Shown piece by piece: positions 17,690 to 25,972 of a stretch of 64,000 nucleotides of DNA. Positions within the stretch are counted from its first letter, which is position 1; every line of letters starts with the position of its first letter. Below the pieces are notes generated by a model. It had not been told where the DNA came from, made no database searches, and saw only the letters and a list, made by a program, of their open reading frames with translations. A program made the position numbers and the translations under genes. Source of the DNA: a virus (Duplodnaviria; Caudoviricetes); IMG/VR virus record IMGVR_UViG_3300045391_005020. One strand, given 5' to 3'.

Positions 17690-17784
17690 AAGAAAAAGGA
17701 GTCGGCCAGGTCAGCTGGCATTGATATCTGCGTAGGTCGGAATACCCGGCGCACCGGGGCGACATCGCATACGACTCCGAAGAT

Positions 17785-17860
17785 TGGCGGCGCCGACAGG
17801 ACTCGAACCTGTCGCCTTCCCGTTAGGACCGGGACGCTCTACCGGATGAGCTACGGCGCT
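17785..17860 (-). tRNA. tRNA-Arg(CCT)
   Basis: TCCCG-GTCCTAA-CGGGA; CCA. Confidence 0.9.
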
Positions 17861-17900
17861 CTGACCGCGCGCACGAAATGTGGCTCGCGCGCACGGAATG

Positions 17901-17974
17901 TGGCTGGACCGGAGGGATTCGAACCCTCACGCCCGCGTTTAGAAGGCGCGGCTCTGATCCGATCAGGCGGTCCC
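17901..17974 (-). tRNA. tRNA-Arg(TCT), atypical D-arm
   Basis: CGCGC-CTTCTAA-ACGCG; TTCGAAT T-loop; G73; CCA. Confidence 0.75.
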
Positions 17975-18028
17975 GAAACTTGACACATGAGCCAGAATTC
18001 GTCTGCTCTGACCCGAAAGGATTTACTC

Positions 18029-18268
18029 ATGCCCATGAGTCGAGCAGGACGGGCCGCGGTCGCGGCAGCAGCCAAGAAGCGTTGGAGGCTGATCAAGGCT
18101 GGAAAGATCCGGAAGCCGAAGGTCGGCCGCAAGGCCGGCGGACGCAACAGTGCAAAATTATCGATCAAGTCGTCCGGTCAGTCCGGGCTCAAAGAAACCG
18201 TGAAGGCGTTGAAACAGCTCGGGGCCGCGGCGGGATGCCGGGTCGAAGTGACGCTCGTCCCGAAGTAG
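18029..18268 (+). CDS. small basic nucleic-acid-binding protein
   Basis: MPMSRAGRAAVAAAAKKRW motif; Lys/Arg-rich. Confidence 0.55.
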   Translation: MPMSRAGRAAVAAAAKKRWRLIKAGKIRKPKVGRKAGGRNSAKLSIKSSGQSGLKETVKALKQLGAAAGCRVEVTLVPK

Positions 18269-18580
18269 TTACTTGGTCCAGTGAGGGGTGTTAAGCATCA
18301 TCGCATGCGCCTCGGTCTGGATATCGCTGAACTCGCGCTCACTCATTCCGGACTTGATGGCCTCGATCTGGAGTCTCGCCAACAGAGCGGCTGCGAGGCC
18401 TAGGCAGGTCTTGAGTGGACCGCGATGGAAGGTTCCGAATAGGGCCTCGTTGGTCCCGGTCGTCTCGTCTTGTTTGACCATCGAGATCACGCACGCGATT
18501 CCGCGGCTCTGGAGCTCCGAGATCAATTCGCGATCGGGTACGAGTTTCAGATTCATGACGGTTTTGTAGCCAGACCGCAA
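18269..18580 (-). CDS. hypothetical protein (similar N-terminus to 27465-27788)
   Basis: NL..VPD.ELI.EL.SR..ACVI pattern shared between the two. Confidence 0.55.
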   Translation of the reverse strand: MRSGYKTVMNLKLVPDRELISELQSRGIACVISMVKQDETTGTNEALFGTFHRGPLKTCLGLAAALLARLQIEAIKSGMSEREFSDIQTEAHAMMLNTPHWTK

Positions 18581-18597
18581 TGCGATCCAGCCAGAAA

Positions 18598-18671
18598 TGG
18601 CAGCCAGGCAGGGAATCGAACCCCGATATCGTGGTTAACAGCCACGTGTAATACCGTTATACGACCCGACT
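18598..18671 (-). tRNA. tRNA-Asn(GTT)
   Basis: CGTGG-CTGTTAA-CCACG; G73; CCA. Confidence 0.92.
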
Positions 18672-18711
18672 AAATGTCGGCCGTCCTCGACCTCTGCCGA
18701 GGACGGCCCAC

Positions 18712-18728
18712 AAGAATTGTTCCACAGT
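18712..18728. repeat. leader arm of the 17-bp inverted repeat
   Basis: aagaattgttccacagt, complementary to 7459-7475. Confidence 0.85.
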
Positions 18729-18734
18729 ATAGAG

Positions 18735-18748
18735 TTTTCAAAGACAGC
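18735..18748 (-). promoter_or_regulatory. boxA-like antitermination site at the head of the tRNA region
   Basis: GCTGTCTTTGAAAA versus the consensus TGCTCTTTAACA. Confidence 0.65.
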
Positions 18749-18750
18749 CT

Positions 18751-18832
18751 GAAACGCATGAACCCCAGGCTTTTGGCCTGGGGTTCGGGAGAGTCAGCGC
18801 AGAAGATGCTGTGTTACTCTCGGACCCCCAGG
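18751..18832 (-). terminator. attenuator: terminator hairpin with a competing antiterminator
   Basis: GAACCCCAGGC-CAAAA-GCCTGGGGTTC (11 bp). Its 5' arm plus the upstream ACTCTC pairs alternatively with CCTGGGGGTCCGAGAGT at the end of the leader ORF. Confidence 0.7.
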
Positions 18833-18948
18833 ATATCGCCATTACCGCGTTCAGTACCGACACAAATTCCCGTAGTCACGGCTTGCGGTTTGGCATGCCA
18901 TGTGGGCTTGGTCATCGCGGCTGGATTTCTGAGGGCTATAGAAAGCAT
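18814..18948 (-). CDS. 44-aa leader peptide of the tRNA region
   Basis: AGGA SD, ATG...TAA, encoding MLSIALRNPAAMTKPTWHAKPQAVTTGICVGTERGNGDILGVRE; TTGACT-N16-TATCTT promoter upstream. Confidence 0.7.
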   Translation of the reverse strand: MLSIALRNPAAMTKPTWHAKPQAVTTGICVGTERGNGDILGVRE

Positions 18949-18977
18949 GATGTCCTGGCGTCCCAAGATAACGCCCA

Positions 18978-19507
18978 TCACTTGGAAGTCAAGCTAACGG
19001 GCGAGTTCTTCCAGACGCCGCGGATACTGGTGGCGATCCAGACAACCTGCAGTGCCACAATCGCCCACGCGCTGGTCTCCCAGCCATAGATGGCCAAGAA
19101 AATGTCGCTGACGATGAACCACACGAAGCCCCACATGCGGGTGCGGGAGACCTGGCTGGCGACCAACAGGGCGCCGAGCAAACCGGCCGCGGCAGCCGGC
19201 CACTGGCACAAGAGCGCGATGTCGTGCCAGGTCACTTCTGGAGTCCTCGGCGGGCTTGTTCGATCAGGTACTGAACCATCCTCGGATCGAACGCGGCGAT
19301 AAATCTCCGGATCTCATTCGCTTCCGGTCTTGATGGGCTCACTTCACATACCGAACCGTCGTCCTCGCCATGATATTCATGGCGCTCCTCGAGGTACACG
19401 CGCTCTTGCTGATCCTGCGACTGCGCGAGACGCCAGTCGCGATCGTGCACTGCTGAACAGATGTTCTCCAGCCAATCGAGTTCTTGAGCCGACAACAAGT
19501 CTTCCAT
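18978..19507 (-). other. two small genes: membrane protein (18978-19235) and hypothetical (19232-19507)
   Basis: Three TM-like segments in the first; coupled ORFs. Confidence 0.55.
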
Positions 19508-19516
19508 TGGAGATCC

Positions 19517-20641
19517 TTATTCGGAGACGCAGCTCGGATAGTCCGTCACTTCACCAGGCAGATACGTCCCGGTGTAGCCTGGGTAATTCCACGCTGCGTA
19601 GTATGACATCGTGTAGGCATCGAGCGTCAGACTCTTGGTCGTGGTGACCGTTGGGTACGTGACCGACCAATCCGTCACCGTGACCGCGAGCAACCACGGC
19701 CCCGATGGTATGCTCGCCGCATCGAGGAAGTAGTTCGAGGGCAAGCCCGTCGCGTGTGTATTCTGGTACGCGGTCACGCCGCTAACGGTTACCAGACTGG
19801 TTCCCGAGAACGGGATCGCGGTGATGGTGTTCGCCGATCCAGTGGTCAGAACAGTAACGTTTGGCGATGCGTTGATAGCACCCGGGAACGTGAGCATCAC
19901 CAGCGAGAGTTTGTAGCTGACGATAAATCGGGCGGTCGTGCCGCCGCTTGATGTCGCCCAGATGACGGAACGAAGGGTCGTCGGCAGCTTCACCAGATAT
20001 CCTGGATGCTGACCGCCTGGCAGCGTCGTGTACGAGCTAAGACCGCGACCACCAAGGTAACTGTCGTTCGCAAAGCCGCTCGATGATAGACCGGTAGCAG
20101 CGGCGAGCTGACGCGTGATGAAGTTGTCGCCGAAGTCATGGACCGCCATGAGCATCAGGTTGTTTCTGGTGATCGAGGTCCTGCCGGAAGACGGAGCGAA
20201 GTTCTGGGTGTTGCCGTATGCGATGCCGTCGCCCCACTGACCGTAGAGCTCGTTGGTGACGTAGTCGGACGGTGCAAGCACTGTCGACGTGTTGGTATGG
20301 AAGATGCTCGAACAACTGCGCACGTCGTATGCGCCGGCACCAGACGCGACCCAGCGAGACATGACATTGTTGTCATCAGCCGGCGTTCCGAATCCGCACG
20401 CGTTTGGCGGGTTGATGCCGGTAGCCGTCATGTTGTCGATCGCGCACACGCTGGCCGCGTTGGTGACCAACCGCAGTATGTTCCCTACCGCGTCCGCGAA
20501 TGTCGACGTTGGGGTCTGGCCCGCTGCGCTGAAGTTCAGCAGGTAGTTCGCGCGCTGCGAAATTCTCGGAAGCTTCCCGATGAAGTTCGTCGGCGAAGTC
20601 CCCGGGATCTTGATGTATTCGCCAGCATGATCGGTCGGCAT
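19517..20641 (-). CDS. Ser/Thr/Gly-rich putative virion protein
   Basis: 374 aa, beta-rich composition. Confidence 0.5.
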   Translation of the reverse strand: MPTDHAGEYIKIPGTSPTNFIGKLPRISQRANYLLNFSAAGQTPTSTFADAVGNILRLVTNAASVCAIDNMTATGINPPNACGFGTPADDNNVMSRWVASGAGAYDVRSCSSIFHTNTSTVLAPSDYVTNELYGQWGDGIAYGNTQNFAPSSGRTSITRNNLMLMAVHDFGDNFITRQLAAATGLSSSGFANDSYLGGRGLSSYTTLPGGQHPGYLVKLPTTLRSVIWATSSGGTTARFIVSYKLSLVMLTFPGAINASPNVTVLTTGSANTITAIPFSGTSLVTVSGVTAYQNTHATGLPSNYFLDAASIPSGPWLLAVTVTDWSVTYPTVTTTKSLTLDAYTMSYYAAWNYPGYTGTYLPGEVTDYPSCVSE

Positions 20642-20644
20642 GGT

Positions 20645-21403
20645 TTACGACAGCCAGACGGGCGTCTGCATGAAGAATTCTGAACCGACCTGGTAGACCA
20701 CGACCCATGTCCCAGAAGGAATGGTTTCCGATCCACTAATCTGCAGCTGCTTCACTGAAACAGTCCTGGTCGACGCGCTAGTCGAACCGTTCTCGAACAG
20801 GTTGACGTTGTAGGTGTTGCCAGAACCGGAACTGATCTGGCCAGGAACAGTGAACCCGCTGTTGGCTGGAGGCGATACGACCCACGCGTATTGCTGAGGG
20901 CCGCCGCTAATGCGGCAGCGCGTAGTCAGCACTACGGGCGTGTCGATCGCGAGCGTCGAGACGCCGGCGCTCACGTTCGGGAACACGCCCAGCTTGCCGG
21001 TCGCAGAGCCAGATATGGGCGCATAGATGTCGAGACTAGCGTAGCCTCCGCGAGCGACCGGAGTCGTCAGGGCTCCCCACGTTCCCTTCGAGACGCCGTT
21101 GAGGATCGGCTGCACCACCGCGGTCAGGCATGTCTGCCCGGAGTCCGTGTCGCGCCGGACGATGACCTTCCGCTTGCTGGATTGATCCGAGCCTGACGTG
21201 GTGTCGTAGCACAGCAGCTTGGCCGCGTACGCCGGACACGGCACATCGTTCGGGAGCAGGAGCTTCACCTTCAGGACCGAATTGGCACCCGCGAGGTCGT
21301 CGACTTGGACGCTGGCGAGACAGCCAGGATCACCCGTGTTGGTGTCCGATGAATCGGTCTCGAAGTGGCCCGTCAGGAGCCCGCGGAAGAGAGTTTGGCC
21401 CAT
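20645..21403 (-). CDS. putative virion/tail-associated protein
   Basis: 252 aa; C-terminal YNVNLFENG...VKQLQI...IPSGTWVVV OB-like segment. Confidence 0.5.
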   Translation of the reverse strand: MGQTLFRGLLTGHFETDSSDTNTGDPGCLASVQVDDLAGANSVLKVKLLLPNDVPCPAYAAKLLCYDTTSGSDQSSKRKVIVRRDTDSGQTCLTAVVQPILNGVSKGTWGALTTPVARGGYASLDIYAPISGSATGKLGVFPNVSAGVSTLAIDTPVVLTTRCRISGGPQQYAWVVSPPANSGFTVPGQISSGSGNTYNVNLFENGSTSASTRTVSVKQLQISGSETIPSGTWVVVYQVGSEFFMQTPVWLS

Positions 21404-21416
21404 GGTGTTAAATTAC

Positions 21417-24340
21417 CTAGCCGAACTCGCCCAGATAGCCCCGGATCATCTGGAAGTTGTCGATTTCGTATTCGGTGAACTCGTCCGTGATGGCGTCGTA
21501 ACCCAGCGCCATGTCCCGCTCTCCATCCAGGCTGAAGATCAGGGTGATGTCCCGGGCGCCACGCTGGAACTTCACGTACATGGCCTCGTCGTCCTCGAAC
21601 CAGACATGGTTCGGCCGCATCTGGACCTGGTTCATCATCGCTTCGGCGTGACCGAACAGCTGGCCGTAAAACGGGTACTGAGCGTACAGACCTTCGAAGG
21701 TGTCCCGAATGTCGTCGGGGTGCATCTGGGGCCAGTGATCGTCGTACTCGTTCACGACTGGTCCTCGTCGTCGGCCGCGTCGGCCAAGCCTTGGTCGGCC
21801 TGCCACTTCTGGTCCTCGGACATGAAGCTGCGGTGGTACTCGACGATGTCCTTGAGGCGTTCGACCGCAGCGTGGAGCTCGGCCACGTAGGACATGAACT
21901 CTTCCGGCGTCTTGCAGTCGTACCGCTTCGCCAGGTTGCGCCACTTCTCTCGAGCGACCCACAGGGCCTCGCGGGCGGTGAACTCTTCGACCAGGAGGTC
22001 GAACACGTCTTTCTGACCGGCGGTCCCGGCCTGTCCGCACAAGTCCTTGGCGCGCTCCCAGAGGGCGGAGCATCGCCGGCACGGACGCGACTCCAGCGGG
22101 GAGCCGGTCACGGTCGGGATCTTGCCGGTGCCCTTACATTCCGGGCACAGCGGATCGATCGGTTCCCAACTCACCAAACGCCGCCTTGCCGCTCTTCCGC
22201 GACGGGGCCGTACTGGATGATGGTCGGGCTATACATGAGGTACAGGTCAGAACCATTCTCGGAGTTGGTCTTCTCGACCGCGTCAGCCAACGCGTCGTCG
22301 CGGGATTCTCCGAATCCCAGGACAGTTCCGTCGCAGGCTTCACAGATAAAGATGCGCTTCTCAAGATTCATCGTCGTCTCCGTCTTGATCGAAGGTGGGA
22401 TAGATGTCGTAGGGGCCCGGAGTCTGATCGCGTTCCTCGATGTCGACCTGGATCGGGAACTGCTGGATCGCCAGCTGCTGTTCGGCTGCTTCGCAGAGTT
22501 GGTCGATCGTGCTGTCCAGCTGAACCCCGACCATCTGATGGAGTCCACCCATGCGACCCGTCACCCAGACGGCTGCGGTTGGGAACATGGTTTTGCACCC
22601 AAGCGCAACGGTCGCGGCTTCGTGGAAACTGGAATCGAACCCCTGATCGATCGTGATCAGCATCGTGGCTACTTCGTGATCTCAGTGATCGCCGTACCTT
22701 CGCCGGAGTTGTTGACGACAAGCCAGCGACGACCGGTCGCGTTCTCGGTAAGCTCGAACACGTAGGTGAATCCGACGCCCGGATGTCCGGTAGCAACCAA
22801 CTCCAGCGTGAAGCCAGTCTGGTCGCCCAGAGTCGGACGGTTCTTCACCCGGACGACTTTCATCTGGAACTCACCGCGACCCATCATGAACAGGTACACG
22901 GTCCCGTCCGGCATCGTGCAGGTGAAGCTCGGGAGCGGGATCATCCTGTCAGCGGGAGTGCCGGCCTTGATCTCAGTATTGGTGAATTGGGCCTGCGCTT
23001 CTTTGGCGATCTCGGCGCATACTTCTTCAGTATGGGTGTTGAGGCCCTGAGCATCGGCGTTGGCCACGAGCTTTCCGATTACGTCACCGACTTCGTCGGG
23101 ACCTTTGGGATCGTGGGGTTTGTCGGCCCCGAAACAGAAACAGGAGAACAGAGCCAGCAGTGCGAGAAAACGCATCAGGTATCCTTCGATTCGTACATGC
23201 CCATGTCCTGGGCTTCTTGGGTGAGGTCGGAGAGGATTTCTTTCCGGTGCCACAGATCTTTCTTGAGGAGGCAACGGCAGACGGCGAGTTGGGCGGTGTC
23301 ACCGAACGAGTGGATCGGCTTCTCGCCCATGATGCGCCAGCCCGTGAAGCTGCAGCGCCAGGGAGGTGGGCAGAAGCAATCGCCGTCGAAACTCAGGTGG
23401 GCGCCGCCGTGGATGTCGTTCGCGATCTCCTGCATGACCTCTTGGGCCTGCTCGAAGTCGCGTGACGGGCGCCACACTTCGAAACCCTTGTACCACTTGC
23501 GGCGCACCAGAATCGGAAGCTCGTCGGATTCGGTCGCCTGCATGTATCGGAGACGGTTCGCCGGATTGTGCTCGAAGTCGTTGACCAGGAGATCGGTCAG
23601 GTGCGTAATGTCGCGCGGAACCAGGACCTCGACGAACGTCGGCGTGTAGCGACCGCGCTGCACGATCGCGAGCGCGACCAGGTGATCCATCTCGGTTCCG
23701 GCCGGCATCGCGTTGAACCCAGTTGGATACTGGCGCTCGTAGTCTTCCTCGTGATCTTCCACGATCTGGTTGATCGCGCACTCGATGTTGACGTCAGAGT
23801 AACCGTAGCTGACCGCGACTGAGCGATTGTCACCACTGCCGTAGATGTGATACAGACGCGCCGAGTAATGACCCTTGTCGATGATGCACAGGACATCGAC
23901 GACCTTGCCTGCAATCAGGGCGTGGCGCCACACGGTGAGCTCAACGTCGGCGAGTTCCTTCGCGATCTCGGCGTCCAAGATCGCGTCTCGGTTGACGGGT
24001 TCTTGGATCACTTCTGTTTCCCGGACCGCTTCTTTTTCTTCTCGGCCTTTTGGGCGGTGTTGTAGAGTTCGATGTAGTTCAGGACCACGCGCTCGCTCAC
24101 GACGTTGTAGGGGATCTTGCGGGCGACAGCCTCGCGGGCGAAATCGCGAAACAGCTCCTCGTCGGTCTCTGGAGCCTTCTTGTCAGCCAGCAGGTAATTC
24201 ATCATCAGACGCTCTACCAGGTGGTTGAACGTGATGTTCAGCTCGTGGGCCCGCTTGGCGAGAACCAGGAAGTCCTGATCGGAGATGTCGATCTTGACCT
24301 CTTTTTCGGACTCATGGAGGGGAACGCGACGGGGCTTCAT
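21417..24340 (-). other. hypothetical gene run (21417-21755, 21752-22177 with a CxxCxGxG Zn finger, 22361-22663, secreted 22669-23175, 23175-24011, 24008-24340)
   Basis: Coupled minus-strand ORFs downstream of the promoter motif at 24372. Confidence 0.55.
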
Positions 24341-24391
24341 GTGCCCCTACATCGTGCAGAAATTTACCAGCAGTCAACCCTATTGTTACGA

Positions 24392-25168
24392 TCAGATCTC
24401 GACCAAGAGCTGGCTTGAGAACCCGGGGTTCTCGGCGTCCGAGTAACCACGGGGGTTACAGACGAGGCGGGTCGGTCCAACCTGGACGTCGGCACTGGTA
24501 TGGGTGTGACCGAACAGCCACGCCTTCAGGTTGGGGACCATCAGGTCTTCACAGTTGCTGCAGAAGTAAGGGTTGAGGGGGCGGCCATTCTGGAGCCAGT
24601 ACGGGCTGATGGCCTGCACACTGGGCATGAAGTGCGTCACCGCCACGACCTCGGGGTACTCCTCGACCATGACGATTTCCTGGATGTAGGACTTGGTGCG
24701 AGCATGTATGTGGACTAGATCTGTCGGATCCAGCAGGCGTCCCTCGTGACCAATGCAGCCGACGAAGTCACTGATACCGCGCCGCGCGTAGTGCATGGCG
24801 TGATTGGCTGGAATATCCGGATCGAACAGCTGGAAGTCGGTCCAGAGCGTGCCGCCCACGAACATGACGTCGCCGACCATGTGGCTGGACTCGTCCAGCA
24901 GATGCACATTCGGGAACTCGGTAAGGAGCTCCTTCCAGGCCTGCTTGGTGTCAGCGAAGGTGCTGTAGTAGTAGTCGTGGTTACCGAGCACGATCATAGT
25001 CGGGGTATTCCGCGTCGCTTGCAGAACTTGTCTGATGCGCGGCAGAACCTTCGGGCCCGGGAGCGGACCGAAGTCGCCGGCGATCACGATCGCGTCGGCC
25101 TTCTGGTTCCGTTTGAACGTGAACGCCCGGAACTCGAGGTGGAGGTCACTGACTAGCTGAATTTTCAT
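24392..25168 (-). CDS. calcineurin-like metallophosphoesterase
   Basis: SDLHLE, AGD, GNHDYY, TH, FGHTH. Confidence 0.92.
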   Translation of the reverse strand: MKIQLVSDLHLEFRAFTFKRNQKADAIVIAGDFGPLPGPKVLPRIRQVLQATRNTPTMIVLGNHDYYYSTFADTKQAWKELLTEFPNVHLLDESSHMVGDVMFVGGTLWTDFQLFDPDIPANHAMHYARRGISDFVGCIGHEGRLLDPTDLVHIHARTKSYIQEIVMVEEYPEVVAVTHFMPSVQAISPYWLQNGRPLNPYFCSNCEDLMVPNLKAWLFGHTHTSADVQVGPTRLVCNPRGYSDAENPGFSSQLLVEI

Positions 25169-25358
25169 GGCTCGCGCGGATCCAGGAACTGGATCAGGTC
25201 ACCGATGTCCAGAGCGTTGTACGCCTTGAGGACGATCCGTTCCGATTCCTTCTGGTCGCCCCGGTGCTTCGCTGCTGCGGCGGCCCCGAACAACTCCTTG
25301 GCGGCCAGCTGGCGCGTCTCGAACTCGGACATGGCTTGGTCGTAAGTGAGTTTGCGTT

Positions 25359-25970
25359 TCATGGCTGGTAGACCTTGTCTGCTAGGCCGAGCTCAACAGC
25401 TTCTTCGGCGGTCAGGATGGTGTCGAACAAGTTCATCTCTCTGAATGTCTTGCCTTTGAACTTGGGATGCTTCTCGCGGATGCGCGTCATCAGGATGGCG
25501 TCCAGTGCGGCGCAGTACCTTTCGTTGAAGTGAACCCACTTCCGAACGATCTGCGGATGATTGACCGCGTGGCCTTCATAGCCCTCGTGGAACATCACGA
25601 CGGCGTGCGGCATCAGGATCCGTTCGTCGGCCGCCTGGAGGATGATGCAGCCCATCGAGCAGGCGTCGCCGTACACCGTGATGGTGACGTGATTCCTGCA
25701 GGCCTTGATGGCGTCGTAGATCGCCATCCCGTGGACCTCGCTGCCGCCTGGATTCGACATGATGATGCGGATCGGTTTGTCGCCGCTTGGGGCGGCCGTC
25801 TCGAGCAAGTGGATCGCCTTGATAAAGCGCTCCGCCATCAAGAAGTCGACCCCAGTCTCGCTGCCGTCCTCTTGGTCGTAGCCTGCGCTGTTGAGGTAGA
25901 CCGTTCGGTTGTCGAGGTCTAGCCCGTAGTCGAAGAACTTGTCGATGTGGTCTTTGTTAACCCTGGACAT
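25359..25970 (-). CDS. clpP: ClpP-like protease subunit
   Basis: SNPGGS, GMAIYDAI, ACSMG (Ser), MFHE (His), DTILTAEEAVELGLADKV. Confidence 0.9.
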   Translation of the reverse strand: MSRVNKDHIDKFFDYGLDLDNRTVYLNSAGYDQEDGSETGVDFLMAERFIKAIHLLETAAPSGDKPIRIIMSNPGGSEVHGMAIYDAIKACRNHVTITVYGDACSMGCIILQAADERILMPHAVVMFHEGYEGHAVNHPQIVRKWVHFNERYCAALDAILMTRIREKHPKFKGKTFREMNLFDTILTAEEAVELGLADKVYQP

Positions 25971-25972
25971 AC

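Noticed and set aside
17901-17974. Second amber suppressor (contains TTCTAAA)
   Set aside because: The stem register centres the loop on TCT, so it reads as Arg, unlike 14385-14460 where the loop centres on CTA.
15463-17983. Short ORFs across the tRNA/ncRNA cluster
   Set aside because: They overlap clear tRNA cloverleaves or structured RNA and show no protein features.
7480-18671. tRNAs for Leu, Ser, Tyr, Phe or Sec
   Set aside because: No cloverleaf with those anticodons or a long variable arm was found by eye. They may lie outside the window.
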